Source of the DNA: Erysipelotrichaceae bacterium
Lineage (GTDB): Bacteria > Bacillota_I > Bacilli_A > Erysipelotrichales > Erysipelotrichaceae
Direction: 5' to 3'
NCBI GenBank assembly: GCA_030604855.1
Contig: JAUVVC010000001.1
Span: 1 to 32,000 of the forward strand
Length of the DNA: 32,000 nucleotides
Numbering within the stretch: position 1 is the first letter of the stretch; the number at the start of each line of letters is the position of its first letter. A model generated the notes under the pieces. The model did no database searches, was not told the DNA's origin, and saw only the letters and a program-made list of their open reading frames with translations. This document shows positions 14,562 through 24,248 of this stretch, in pieces. Both the position numbers and the translations under genes were made by a program.

Positions 14562-15119
14562 ATGGCCTATATCACGCATTTCTTATCAGGGAGTTCATAC
14601 CTGATATATCTCTTTATTTTCTTCGGAAAACTCATTGAGGTTGCCTTATCATCTTTACGTTCACAGTTGATTCATAAAGGACAACGCATACCTGGCGCAA
14701 TCATTGCGTTATTTGAATATGCTTTTTGGTTGATGATTACGGCATCTGCGATTCAAGGCTTTGCGGAAGATCCTATCAAAATTGGAGTTTTGATTGTGGC
14801 TTTTGCGAGTGGCCATGTATTGGGCTCATTGATTGAAGAGAAAATGGGTTTTGGTTACAGCACGATCACAAGCATCTTTACGGATAAAGAACGTGCCCAT
14901 CAATCTTCGGCCATCCTTCGTATGCATGGTTTTGCACTAACATTGATGAATGCGGAGGGCATGCTGGGAGAAGAACGTTACCTCTTATTGTGTGCCACAA
15001 AGCGAAAACATGTCTCTGAGGTCAAACGACTGCTTTTAAACAGTGATCCAGAAGTCGTAATAACGGTCCAATATACCCAACATATCAGTGGTTCACTTTT
15101 TCTAGGTTTAATAAAATAA
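14562..15119 (+). CDS. UPF0316 / DUF2179-type membrane protein
   Basis: The ATG at 14562 follows AGGAGG. N-terminal TM helices with GKLIEVALSSLRSQLIHKG are followed by a soluble C-terminal domain, as in the YebE/UPF0316 family. Confidence 0.65.
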   Translation: MAYITHFLSGSSYLIYLFIFFGKLIEVALSSLRSQLIHKGQRIPGAIIALFEYAFWLMITASAIQGFAEDPIKIGVLIVAFASGHVLGSLIEEKMGFGYSTITSIFTDKERAHQSSAILRMHGFALTLMNAEGMLGEERYLLLCATKRKHVSEVKRLLLNSDPEVVITVQYTQHISGSLFLGLIK

Positions 15120-15178
15120 TTATTGTTAAACAATAATATTGTGCTATACTAAAGTCAAAATTATTGTAAAACAATAAT
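15119..15178 (+). promoter_or_regulatory. Promoter bracketed by two near-identical 19-bp palindromic operators (ATTATTGT-N3-ACAATAAT)
   Basis: Site 1 is 15119-15137 (attattgttaaacaataat) and site 2 is 15160-15178 (attattgtaaaacaataat), centres 41 bp apart. Between them lies an extended -10 TGcTATACT (15142-15150). A TTGTTA -35 (15123-15128) sits inside site 1, and site 2 abuts the GGAGG SD. Confidence 0.6.
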
Positions 15179-15188
15179 CGGAGGTCTG

Positions 15189-16133
15189 ATGAAAAAGAAC
15201 ATCATCTCAAAATGGGGCTTTATCCTCATCTTCTTGTCTGCTTGGTTCATCACAAGTGAAGTCATACATCGAGATATTCAGTTAAACAGTGTATGGTCGA
15301 TTGGTAAACCATTGAGTTTTGGTTTGGATCAACTTTCACATCTATCCCTTTCGTCAACTTTGGGAAACCTTTTTGCATGGGTGATTTTCATTGGGGTAAG
15401 TGCCTTACCCATTTTAATTTTAAAATTGCTGAAAACTAAATACAATGAGCATCGTTTAAGTTATTGGATAGCGATCTTAATGGGAGCATTTGTAGCCTTA
15501 TCCATTTATGGTAGTTTAAATTATCTGTTCATATCACCCGTTCCTGGTATTGCCTTTGAACTTCAAGCCCAGATGCATTCGACTTTGATCACAATATCTT
15601 TGGGTTTATTCATCGTATTGTTATTGATTTCATTAAATTGGCCGATTCAAGGTGAAGAACGTTTGATTCGACTTTTTCAGATTTTTCTTTGGGCACTTGC
15701 CTACATCGGGTTAGCCTTGATGGGTGTTCTTAGTGCATTGGTATTGAATCCCACTTTTCAAGGTTTTCAACCCGAGTGGTTCAATGCCTTGATTCAACTC
15801 TTTGCACAACTTTTACCGATGGTCCTGCTTATCCGACTTATCCCAAATATTACGGAACTCATTGATCGTTACGGAAAAGAAGGTTTCTCGACAGAACTTC
15901 ACCCACTTTTAGGAAAAATAACTACCCAAAATGCTCAAGCGGTCTATGGCATGTTCATTATTCCATTGGTTTATAACTTGTATCAGTTGATTCTATTTAC
16001 AAATCAGAAGAGTGCTCACTTTACTTTCAATTTCCCATGGATTGAATTGATACTGTCCATTACGATCCTCTTTGTGATGCATTTATTGAAACGTGCCATT
16101 AAACTTCAAAGTGAGAACGAAGGATTTGTGTAA
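15189..16133 (+). CDS. Polytopic membrane protein (possibly DUF2975-like, the usual partner of YozG-type regulators)
   Basis: 314 aa, at least 8 hydrophobic helices, SD GGAGG. Assignment rests mainly on synteny with the following HTH gene. Confidence 0.55.
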   Translation: MKKNIISKWGFILIFLSAWFITSEVIHRDIQLNSVWSIGKPLSFGLDQLSHLSLSSTLGNLFAWVIFIGVSALPILILKLLKTKYNEHRLSYWIAILMGAFVALSIYGSLNYLFISPVPGIAFELQAQMHSTLITISLGLFIVLLLISLNWPIQGEERLIRLFQIFLWALAYIGLALMGVLSALVLNPTFQGFQPEWFNALIQLFAQLLPMVLLIRLIPNITELIDRYGKEGFSTELHPLLGKITTQNAQAVYGMFIIPLVYNLYQLILFTNQKSAHFTFNFPWIELILSITILFVMHLLKRAIKLQSENEGFV

Positions 16134-16360
16134 TGGCAATCCGTGTAACCCTCGAAGATCAACTAAAACGCAATCATATGACATCGAAAGAGTTATGCGA
16201 AAAAGTTGGCATTACCGAAGCAAATATGTCGCTGTTGAGAACGGGCTCTGTTAAAGGGATTCGTTTCAATACTTTGAATCGTATCTGCTATTACTTGCAT
16301 TGCAATGTGGAAGATATCCTGTCCTTTGATGGGAACTTGGAGGTTGAAGATGAAGACTAA
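16133..16360 (+). CDS. XRE-family HTH_26 (YozG-like) transcriptional regulator
   Basis: MTSKELCEKVGITEANMSLLRTGSVKGIRFNTLNRICYYLHCNVEDILSF. Its ATG overlaps the upstream stop (TAATG at 16131-16135). Confidence 0.85.
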   Translation: MAIRVTLEDQLKRNHMTSKELCEKVGITEANMSLLRTGSVKGIRFNTLNRICYYLHCNVEDILSFDGNLEVEDED

Positions 16361-17141
16361 AATAATATCAATTCTATTACTGCTTATCTTGAGTGGCTGT
16401 ACTTTAGCAAAGGCACCCGAAACGCTTGTCAAGCAAGAGCGTGAAGTCATCGGTATCTACATCACATCAGAGTCCATGTTAATTCAAGGAACCGTTTTGG
16501 ATACAAATGATAGTTCGCAGACGTATGCATTGATAAACAAGTATGAAAAGAATGGGGCAAGTTATGTGGAAAGCATCGTCTCAGGTAAATTCTATGACAG
16601 TTTGATGGATGTCAATGTGACAGATGAAAGAGTCACAAACACATTCACTGCGAAAGTTCCTGTTTTAACGCAAACTTCAGGAGTGGTCATCCAACATTAC
16701 GAGATTCTTAAAACAGCGGAGGGGAACTTTGTGATTGGCAACTCAATGCATGGCATCGGCTTGAATGGCGATGGGACTGCAAGCGTCAATTTTGATTTTA
16801 GCAAAGATGTTGAAGTCAATGGTCTGAAGACATCTGAAAGTCTCAGTTTCAATATTGAATATGTCCCAATAAATAGGTTGTTGAGTCTTAAGCTAATTGA
16901 GTTGAATGTAGATCATACTAAACTAATGGAAACGGATATGATGGAAACGAGTGAAGTCAATCTTCAAGAAATGACACAATACATACTTGTGGAAGAGGAA
17001 CGTATGAGCAGTGATGGAACGATCGTCCGCAACGTGTCGGCATACACTCGAAAACAGAATGAAGTCATTGAACATATGATCATTCGTACACCTGAGAGTG
17101 AAGTATTTGCCTCACCGGATACCTTACGTTTTATCCCGTAA
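16350..17141 (+). CDS. Lipoprotein of unknown function
   Basis: The ATG at 16350 follows GGAGG. Signal peptide MKTKIISILLLLILSGC carries the lipobox L-S-G-C. It overlaps the HTH gene end by 11 nt. Confidence 0.7.
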   Translation: MKTKIISILLLLILSGCTLAKAPETLVKQEREVIGIYITSESMLIQGTVLDTNDSSQTYALINKYEKNGASYVESIVSGKFYDSLMDVNVTDERVTNTFTAKVPVLTQTSGVVIQHYEILKTAEGNFVIGNSMHGIGLNGDGTASVNFDFSKDVEVNGLKTSESLSFNIEYVPINRLLSLKLIELNVDHTKLMETDMMETSEVNLQEMTQYILVEEERMSSDGTIVRNVSAYTRKQNEVIEHMIIRTPESEVFASPDTLRFIP

Positions 17142-17217
17142 ACAATTTAGAATGATAAAGATATGCAAATTTCGAAGCAATTTCTAGCAAATACTATGCA
17201 AAATAGGAGAAAAAACC

Positions 17218-17784
17218 ATGGATATCCAAATCTCAATTAAAGATACACGACTACATACAGAACGCTTGCTATTAAGACCTTTTGAACGGATAGATCTCGA
17301 TGATTTTTATGCATATGCATCCGTTGAAGGTGTTGGTGAAATGGCGGGTTGGCCTCATCACACTGATATCGAACTTACAAAGAAGATCCTTCAAGAGTTT
17401 GTGGACAAACAAGAAGTCTTTGCGATTGTCCATTTGAAATCGCTAAAGGTGATTGGTTCTTTGGGTATCCATCGCTCTTGGGCGAATGAAGATCCAGATT
17501 TGGAAGAGTTAAAGGTAAAAGAAATTGGTTATGTCTTGGCAAAACCCTACTGGGGTCAAGGCTTGATGGCGGAGGCTGTCAATGCGGTGCTTAGACATGG
17601 CTTTGAACATTGGAAACTCGATGCATTCACAGTCGGTCATTTCAAACACAATGCACAATCACGACGTGTCATCGAAAAGTGTGGTTTTACCTTCTATAAA
17701 GAGGATATCTATCAAGCGAAACAATTGAATCAGACATTTGAAGATCGAAAATACATTTGTTTTCGATCAGATGAGGACAAGTAA
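17218..17784 (+). CDS. GNAT-family N-acetyltransferase (RimJ/RimL-like)
   Basis: LLLRPFERIDLDDFYAY ... EIGYVLAKPYWGQGLMAEAVNAVLRHGF ... NAQSRRVIEKCGF. Confidence 0.85.
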   Translation: MDIQISIKDTRLHTERLLLRPFERIDLDDFYAYASVEGVGEMAGWPHHTDIELTKKILQEFVDKQEVFAIVHLKSLKVIGSLGIHRSWANEDPDLEELKVKEIGYVLAKPYWGQGLMAEAVNAVLRHGFEHWKLDAFTVGHFKHNAQSRRVIEKCGFTFYKEDIYQAKQLNQTFEDRKYICFRSDEDK

Positions 17785-18246
17785 ATGTGCGGCGTTTGTG
17801 AACGGATTCAAATGATTCAAGAGCATACCAATCCTTATTTCGTCATGGAGTTGGAAACTGGTTATGTCGTAATGGGAGACCATCAACGGATCCATGGATA
17901 TTCCTTGTTTCTCTGCAAACAACATGTTCATGAACTTCATCAATTGGACATGCCTTTTCGCGTAAAACATCTCACGGAAATGAGCATCGTCAGTGAAGCG
18001 ATTCACCGTGCGTTTCAAGCGGACAAGATAAACATCGAATCATTGGGCAATGGGGAGACACACCTCCATTGGCATCTCTTTCCACGTAAGCATGGGGACA
18101 CGCATGAGCCAGGTCCCGTGTGGTGGTTGCCGAAAGAAGAACTTTGGAATGATCGATTTCGGCCCACTCATGAAGAATTATCGAAGATGATTGAAACACT
18201 GAGATCTGAATTTATTAATCTTATGTCATCAGTTTCTAACGCTTAG
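17785..18246 (+). CDS. HIT-family (histidine triad) hydrolase
   Basis: Triad GNGETHLHWHLFPR, and an N-terminal CxxC (MCGVCERI) as in many HIT proteins. It starts immediately after the GNAT stop. Confidence 0.8.
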   Translation: MCGVCERIQMIQEHTNPYFVMELETGYVVMGDHQRIHGYSLFLCKQHVHELHQLDMPFRVKHLTEMSIVSEAIHRAFQADKINIESLGNGETHLHWHLFPRKHGDTHEPGPVWWLPKEELWNDRFRPTHEELSKMIETLRSEFINLMSSVSNA

Positions 18247-18304
18247 AGCGTAAAATCCATTAAGCTGCATGAATGTTTTATAATGGTTAAAAGGAGATCT
18301 TTAG

Positions 18305-18679
18305 ATGGACATCTTTCAAACATTTATTGATGAGATTCCCAACCCTGAGCATCGTCAACGATTCTGCGAAGTACTTGAACATGTCTCAAAGACATTCCCG
18401 CAATTAGAGAAGCGTTTTGCTTGGAACCAACCGATGTTTACCGACCATGGGACTTTTATCATCGCCTTCAGTGTGGCTAAGAAACACATGGCTTTCTCAC
18501 CGGAGTGGACCGGTATCCAACACTTTAAAGATCGACTTGAACAAGCCAAAGTCGATCATACCGACATGATCATCCGCGTACCTTGGGATAAAGCCTTTGA
18601 TTATGAACTCCTGGATGATGTCATACGATTCAATATAGAGGATAAAGCGAATTGCACGAGTTTTTGGCGTGCACGATAA
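18305..18679 (+). CDS. DUF1801 (YdhG-like) domain protein
   Basis: The size (124 aa) and the pattern FPQLEKRFAWNQPMFTDHGTFIIAFSVAKKHMAFSP are typical of the family. Confidence 0.65.
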   Translation: MDIFQTFIDEIPNPEHRQRFCEVLEHVSKTFPQLEKRFAWNQPMFTDHGTFIIAFSVAKKHMAFSPEWTGIQHFKDRLEQAKVDHTDMIIRVPWDKAFDYELLDDVIRFNIEDKANCTSFWRAR

Positions 18680-18689
18680 AAGGAGCACT

Positions 18690-19856
18690 ATGAACAATTT
18701 TATTTATAACATTCCCGTAAAAGTCTATTTTGGTGAGAACCAACTTGAACATCTTGGACCTGAAGTTAAGAATTATGGATCTAAGGTCTTGGTTACTTAT
18801 GGAGGAGGCTCCATTAAAAAGATTGGCTTGTATGACAAAGTCATGCATGAACTCAAAGAGATGGGTTTAGATGTCTATGAGTTTGGAGGTATAGAACCCA
18901 ATCCGCGCATTGAATCCGTTAATGCGGCAATTGCATTGTGTAAAGAGAAGGGCATTGAAGTCATTCTTGCGGTAGGTGGTGGAAGCACCATCGATGCAAG
19001 TAAAGTCATCGGGGCTGGTGTCTATTATGATGGGGATGCCTGGGATCTTGTTACGCGCAAAGCACCAATCAAGAATGCTTTACCTTTATTGACGATTCTT
19101 ACCTTAAGCGCAACGGGTTCTGAAATGGATGCCGGAGGGGTCATCACCAAACTTTCCACCAATGAGAAATATGGCATTGGTCATGAAAGCATGCTTCCAA
19201 AAGTATCGTTCTTAGATCCTACGGTGACCTACAGCGTCAACGCTTATCAAACTGCCTGTGGTAGTGCGGATATCATTTCGCATATTCTTGAACTCTATTT
19301 CAATACAACTGAGGACTTGCGTATGTTGGACTATATGATGGAAGGTTTGTTGAGAACGGTCATCGATTATGCACCAATCGCATTGAAAGAACCGACGAAT
19401 TATGAAGCTCGCGCCAATTTGATGTGGGCATCCTCTTGGGCAATCAATGGTTTCTTAAACGGGGGTAAGCGACAAGCGTGGTCTGTGCATCCCATGGAAC
19501 ATGAACTGTCTGCCTTCTATGACATCACACATGGTTTGGGCTTGGCTCAATTGACCCCACGTTTCTTACGCTACTGCTTGAATGAGCATACCGTATCACG
19601 TTATGTTCGTTTTGGAGTGGAAGTCTTTGGCATCGATAAGAGCTTGACACCTATGGAAGTAGCTGACTTAAGCATCCAAAAACTGGAAAGCTTCTTCTTT
19701 GAAACCTTAGGACTACAAAAAACTTTTACTGAAATCGGCATCGATCGCACGCACTTCAAAGCGATGGCCGATAAAGCCTGTCGTGGTAAGGAAATCAAAG
19801 GTTTCGTTACTTTGAAACCAGAGGATGTTGAGAAGATATTTGAGATGTGTTTGTAA
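18690..19856 (+). CDS. Iron-containing alcohol dehydrogenase (butanol dehydrogenase / YqhD-like)
   Basis: The ATG at 18690 follows AAGGAG. Sequence: MNNFIYNIPVKVYFG, LVTYGGGSIKK, AVGGGSTIDASK, and a His-rich metal site (HILE ... HPMEHELS). Confidence 0.9.
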   Translation: MNNFIYNIPVKVYFGENQLEHLGPEVKNYGSKVLVTYGGGSIKKIGLYDKVMHELKEMGLDVYEFGGIEPNPRIESVNAAIALCKEKGIEVILAVGGGSTIDASKVIGAGVYYDGDAWDLVTRKAPIKNALPLLTILTLSATGSEMDAGGVITKLSTNEKYGIGHESMLPKVSFLDPTVTYSVNAYQTACGSADIISHILELYFNTTEDLRMLDYMMEGLLRTVIDYAPIALKEPTNYEARANLMWASSWAINGFLNGGKRQAWSVHPMEHELSAFYDITHGLGLAQLTPRFLRYCLNEHTVSRYVRFGVEVFGIDKSLTPMEVADLSIQKLESFFFETLGLQKTFTEIGIDRTHFKAMADKACRGKEIKGFVTLKPEDVEKIFEMCL

Positions 19857-19878
19857 AGGAACTTCGGTTCCTTTTTTG
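19856..19878 (+). terminator. Rho-independent terminator after the alcohol dehydrogenase gene
   Basis: aaggaac / ttcg / gttcctt followed by TTTTT. Confidence 0.75.
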
Positions 19879-19891
19879 ATGGACTTGGTTT

Positions 19892-20596
19892 ATGCTTAAG
19901 GCAATGGAAAAACCAAATTCAGGCATTGGAACTCTAGCCGAAAAGAGTCTTCATGCCTTCGTCAAACATCATATCGAACCCAATGCCCTGAATCATGAAA
20001 TCAAGCTCATGGGTTATCATGTGGATATCTTCAATGCGCAAGGAATTGTGGAGATTCAGACTCGACAACTCTATAAACTTAAAGCCAAATTGGATGTCTT
20101 ACTGATGGAATATCCGGTAACCATCGTGCATCCCATTCCAGCTGTTAAAACTTTGGTATGGGTGGATCCCGTCACTTATGAAGCGACGAAGGAAAGAAAG
20201 TCCCCTAAAAGAGGTTCAATCTACGATGCGGTTCGTGAACTCTATGGTTTGAAAGATCGGATTGGACACCACAACCTTTCCATTACTTTGATTTTCTATG
20301 ACATGCGTGAGACACGATGGTTGAATGGTTGGAGTGCGGATCGTAAGAAGGGTTCGATACGTCATGATCGTGAACCGGTGGCTTGGATTGAGACGATTAC
20401 TTTTGGTTCAAAGTTCGATTATTTAATGTTTCTTCCTGAAAGTTTGAGTGAACCTTTTACTGTAAAGGATGTGGCTCAAGCGACACCACTCAATGAACGC
20501 AATGCATCACTTTTGGTAGGACTATTGAAGCATTTGAAACTCATTGAACAAGTGGGTAAAAAAGGAAGGGCTTATCTTTATCAACGAAAGGATTAA
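19892..20596 (+). CDS. Conserved hypothetical protein; possible PD-(D/E)xK-like nuclease-fold N-terminus and winged-helix-like C-terminus
   Basis: The pattern SLHAFVKHHIE ... GYHVDIF ... GIVEIQTRQLYKLKAKL resembles an Asp ... Glu-x-Gln/Lys nuclease core. The start codon choice (19892 or 19904) is uncertain and neither has a good SD. Confidence 0.4.
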   Translation: MLKAMEKPNSGIGTLAEKSLHAFVKHHIEPNALNHEIKLMGYHVDIFNAQGIVEIQTRQLYKLKAKLDVLLMEYPVTIVHPIPAVKTLVWVDPVTYEATKERKSPKRGSIYDAVRELYGLKDRIGHHNLSITLIFYDMRETRWLNGWSADRKKGSIRHDREPVAWIETITFGSKFDYLMFLPESLSEPFTVKDVAQATPLNERNASLLVGLLKHLKLIEQVGKKGRAYLYQRKD

Positions 20597-20623
20597 AAAA
20601 CACGATTCATTGAACCGTGTTTT
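20597..20623. terminator. Bidirectional hairpin between convergent genes
   Basis: aaaacacg (20597-20604) pairs with cgtgtttt (20616-20623), with an inner ttc/gaa pairing. Confidence 0.55.
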
Positions 20624-20630
20624 GTTTGAA

Positions 20631-21545
20631 TTAGAGTTTGCTTAATTCGACTGCGATTTGAGCCCCGACTTTGGCGTTGTTATAGACGAGTTGGATGTTG
20701 GAATCCAAGCTGTCACCACCTGTCAGTTCTTTGACTTTGGCTAAGAGGAAAGGGGTGCTTTCTTTACCTTTGACGCCTTGGTCGTTTTGTTGTCTAACCG
20801 CTTCAAGGATGGCGTCGTTGATGACTTTCGGATCCATTTCGTATTCCGCAGGGATTGGATTAGCCACAATCATGCCACCTTTGAGCTTCAAGTCCCATTT
20901 TGTCTTGAGGGCTTGAGCCAATTCTTTAGGTGTATCCACACGATAATCCACCCCGAAACCACTCTTGCTTGTATAGAAAGCTGGGAGCTCATCGGTTTGA
21001 TAACCAACGACCGGAACACCGTTGGTTTCAAGGTATTCAAGGGTCAAAGCAATATCCAAGATGGACTTTGCACCGGCACAGACCACCGCCACATCGGTTT
21101 GAGCCAATTCCAAGAGATCCGCAGAGATATCAAAGGTGTTTTCCGCACCTCGGTGAACACCACCGATCCCACCAGTCGCAAAGACTTTAATGCCAGCCAT
21201 GGCGGCTAGGATCATCGTGGAAGCCACAGTGGTCGCTCCGGTAAGACCTTTGGCGATGATGAAAGGAATGTCACGACGGGATGTTTTCTGCACATTCGGT
21301 GCTTTGCCTAAGAATTCGATTTCTTCTGGACTTAAACCCACCTTAAGACGTCCATTGAGGATGGCGATGGTTGCTGGTATCGCACCGTTGTCGCGAACGA
21401 TCTTCTCCACATTCAAGGCTGTTTCCACATTCTTGGGATAAGGCATCCCATGGGAGATGATGGTGGATTCGAGGGCTACGACCGCCTTGTTGTGGGCGAG
21501 GGCGGCTTTTACTTCTTCATTGATATCGAGATAGTTTTCAAACAT
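20631..21545 (-). CDS. psuG: Pseudouridine-5'-phosphate glycosidase
   Basis: [35 protein letters not shown] and [15 protein letters not shown] are signature blocks of the YeiN/PsuG (Indigoidine_A) family. Confidence 0.9.
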   Translation of the reverse strand: MFENYLDINEEVKAALAHNKAVVALESTIISHGMPYPKNVETALNVEKIVRDNGAIPATIAILNGRLKVGLSPEEIEFLGKAPNVQKTSRRDIPFIIAKGLTGATTVASTMILAAMAGIKVFATGGIGGVHRGAENTFDISADLLELAQTDVAVVCAGAKSILDIALTLEYLETNGVPVVGYQTDELPAFYTSKSGFGVDYRVDTPKELAQALKTKWDLKLKGGMIVANPIPAEYEMDPKVINDAILEAVRQQNDQGVKGKESTPFLLAKVKELTGGDSLDSNIQLVYNNAKVGAQIAVELSKL

Positions 21546-22617
21546 GTTTAAGCTCCTTTAGGGTTTCGTGTAATGTTAGTTCATTTAAATTCGGATTGAT
21601 GGTATCGGGATGCGAGAGGGCAAGTCGTGAAGCGGCCATCGCCACAGTGCAAGTCTCCTTGATGTCATATCCTTTAAGATAAGCGTAAACCAAGCCTGCC
21701 ATGAAGGCATCGCCCGCACCCGTCGCATTGATCACTTCAATGGCTTTGGTGGGGAAGTGATGATGGCTCTTTGCGTCAAAGACTTGAACCCCTTGCGAAC
21801 CCAAGCTGATGAAGCTGCGTTTGCATTTCAACTTCGCTCCCAGCTCAAGCAAGGGTGTCTCCGCATGACTGTTGGTCAGCACTTCGGCTTCCATTCGATT
21901 GGGTTTCAAAGTGTGAATATTCTTTAAGTGTTCCTTGATCTTTAAAGCCTTCTTCGTTGAGACCGTATCCACAAAGAACTTCGTCTTGGGATATTGAGTC
22001 AACAAATGATCCAAAACATCTTGCGAGAGATTGGTATCCAAGACAACCAACTGGGCATGTTCGATAATGGAACGTTTTGCTCGGATATGATCCACCGTAA
22101 GTTTTTCAATCGAATCCATATGATTGATGGCCAAGGCCATGTCATGCGTCTCATCCAGAATACTGAGGTAGGTTGAGGTCACTTCTCCGGAAAGCACCAA
22201 GGTATCCTGCATGTTCAAGCCGATCGCCTGTGCCTCCTTGAGGATCTTCTGTCCATAAGGATCATCCCCAATCACACTCATCAGTCGCGTTGGAATGCCC
22301 AAGCGGGCGCAGTTCTCCGCAATGTTGCGGCCGACACCGCCCAAAGACACCTTCACGGTCCCAATGTTCGAATCCTTATGTATCAGCTTCTCTTTAGGGA
22401 AACCTTGGATGTCGACGTTGGACCCCCCGATCACCAGAACATAGGGTTCATCTTGAACGATGTAGCCCTTGCCCAAGAGATAACCTTTCTTGAGCAGATT
22501 GGTGATGTGCACCGCAACGGAGGATCGGGTGATGCCTAAGCGGGAGGCGATGTCATTTTGTGAAATAGTGGGTTCTTGTTTTAAGATGTTTAAGATTTCT
22601 TGTTCACGTTGTGTCAT
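21538..22617 (-). CDS. psuK: Pseudouridine kinase (PfkB family) with an N-terminal winged-HTH extension
   Basis: The HTH reads [43 protein letters not shown]. PfkB motifs are [10 protein letters not shown] and [13 protein letters not shown]. It overlaps psuG by 8 nt. Confidence 0.85.
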   Translation of the reverse strand: MTQREQEILNILKQEPTISQNDIASRLGITRSSVAVHITNLLKKGYLLGKGYIVQDEPYVLVIGGSNVDIQGFPKEKLIHKDSNIGTVKVSLGGVGRNIAENCARLGIPTRLMSVIGDDPYGQKILKEAQAIGLNMQDTLVLSGEVTSTYLSILDETHDMALAINHMDSIEKLTVDHIRAKRSIIEHAQLVVLDTNLSQDVLDHLLTQYPKTKFFVDTVSTKKALKIKEHLKNIHTLKPNRMEAEVLTNSHAETPLLELGAKLKCKRSFISLGSQGVQVFDAKSHHHFPTKAIEVINATGAGDAFMAGLVYAYLKGYDIKETCTVAMAASRLALSHPDTINPNLNELTLHETLKELKHV

Positions 22618-22750
22618 GTTTTCCTTTATATTTGCTTAGAATCTAAATATATGCTTATTATAGAATGTACTTTGTATGAAATCAAGCCATATTTTATTGA
22701 ATGCGAAACTTTCTAGGCGTAAACTGAAGATAAATAAGGGAGGATATCTT

Positions 22751-24235
22751 ATGCGTGGTGTATTCACAACCGTAAAATTCTTACGCAATGAAATCTTTAA
22801 ATACGTATCCGCAGCTGCATACGAAAATTGGACCGTTGAACAGATTGAGAATATCCCGAATGAAGTTTTAGCCGATGGAGCTCCAAATTACCGTGACTCT
22901 GTCGAACGCGAACGAGAAATCGTGCGTGCACGTATCAAAGCCGCAATGAATATGGACATGGGCACCAATTTTGGTGAACATTTCGTCGAAGAAGATCTGG
23001 AATCATTGAGACACAAGAAGGTGGGTCGTGATTTGGTCACGGTCATTCCTCAAGCCTGTGAAGCCTGTCCAGAGAAAAGTTTCTTTGTGTCCAATGCCTG
23101 TCATGGTTGTCTGGCGCATCCTTGTGTCGAAGTCTGTCCGGTCAATGCCGTAAGTTTTGATCACCATGCCTTCATCGACCAGGAAGCCTGCATCAAGTGC
23201 GGTAAGTGTTATGATGTCTGCCCATATGGATCGATCGTCAAGAACGATCGTCCGTGTGTCGCCGCTTGTGGCGTCAACGCCTTTGTGAAAGATGAAATCG
23301 ATCGAGCCGTCATCGTCAGTGATAAATGTGTCAGTTGTGGCATGTGCATGGTGGCTTGTCCATTTGGTGCCATCGTCGATAAATCCGAAATCTATCAGTT
23401 GGTTGAAGCCTTGAATGGTCCAGATGAAGTGTGTGCCATCATCGCACCTGCTTTCATTGGTCAGTTTGGGGATAAAGTCACACCGGATCAAGTGGTTGAA
23501 GGCCTCCTTCAATTGGGTTTCAACGATGTGGGTGAAGTGGCTTATGGGGCAGATATCACAGCTGTGGATGAAGCACGTCACTTCTTGAAACATGTTCCTT
23601 TGGACCAAACGTTCTTAGCCACATCTTGCTGTCCTGCCTGGTTGCAGGTTGCGAAGAAGGAGTTGGGTCCAAAAGCTTATTGTGTTTCGGATTCGGCTTC
23701 ACCGATGGTGGAGACAGCGAACTATCTAAGACGCACTTTCCCGGATACGAAGATTGTTTTCGTAGGTCCATGTTCGGCGAAGAAGTTTGAAGCCGCTTAT
23801 ATGGATGTGCAGAATAGTGTCGACTTTGTCGTCACCTATGAAGAAATCAATGCGATGCTCATCGCCAAAGGCATCGATTTAGGAAGATTGGAGCCTACCC
23901 AGAAATTGAATCACGCCTCTGTCGATGGTCGTGGCTTTGCGATTTCAGGCGGTGTCTTGAATGCGGTAGAAAACGTCGTCAAACGTTTGGATCCCGACCG
24001 CGTCATCAAGGTTGAAAAGGCGCAGACATTATCTGAATGCAAGAAGTTATTGATGTTGGCAAAAGCAGGCAAGCGCGATGGCTTCATTATTGAAGGCATG
24101 GCCTGTCCAGGGGGTTGTGTCGGAGGTGCCGGTACGATCATTCATCAAACCCGCGCGAGTGCCAATGTCATGAACTTTGCACGTTCTTCTGAACGTTCCA
24201 CGGCGCTGAAGACCTACGAAGAATCGAAACCTTGA
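22751..24235 (+). CDS. [FeFe]-hydrogenase-family protein with multiple N-terminal 4Fe-4S ferredoxin motifs
   Basis: The ATG at 22751 follows GGGAGG. Four Cys clusters are present (CEACPEK..CHGCLAHPCVEVCP, CIKCGKCYDVCP, CVSCGMCMVACP). H-cluster motifs are TSCCPAW, GPCSAKKFE and MACPGGCVGGAG. Confidence 0.85.
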   Translation: MRGVFTTVKFLRNEIFKYVSAAAYENWTVEQIENIPNEVLADGAPNYRDSVEREREIVRARIKAAMNMDMGTNFGEHFVEEDLESLRHKKVGRDLVTVIPQACEACPEKSFFVSNACHGCLAHPCVEVCPVNAVSFDHHAFIDQEACIKCGKCYDVCPYGSIVKNDRPCVAACGVNAFVKDEIDRAVIVSDKCVSCGMCMVACPFGAIVDKSEIYQLVEALNGPDEVCAIIAPAFIGQFGDKVTPDQVVEGLLQLGFNDVGEVAYGADITAVDEARHFLKHVPLDQTFLATSCCPAWLQVAKKELGPKAYCVSDSASPMVETANYLRRTFPDTKIVFVGPCSAKKFEAAYMDVQNSVDFVVTYEEINAMLIAKGIDLGRLEPTQKLNHASVDGRGFAISGGVLNAVENVVKRLDPDRVIKVEKAQTLSECKKLLMLAKAGKRDGFIIEGMACPGGCVGGAGTIIHQTRASANVMNFARSSERSTALKTYEESKP

Positions 24236-24248
24236 TCAAGGTGAACGC

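Noticed and set aside
20695-24141. Multiple overlapping ORFs opposite psuG, psuK and the hydrogenase gene (for example 20778-21209, 20930-21190, 21190-21441, 23003-23608, 23556-23771, 23911-24141)
   Set aside because: They are Pro/Arg/Gly-rich translations typical of the antisense frames of higher-GC genes. The sense genes carry unambiguous family motifs.
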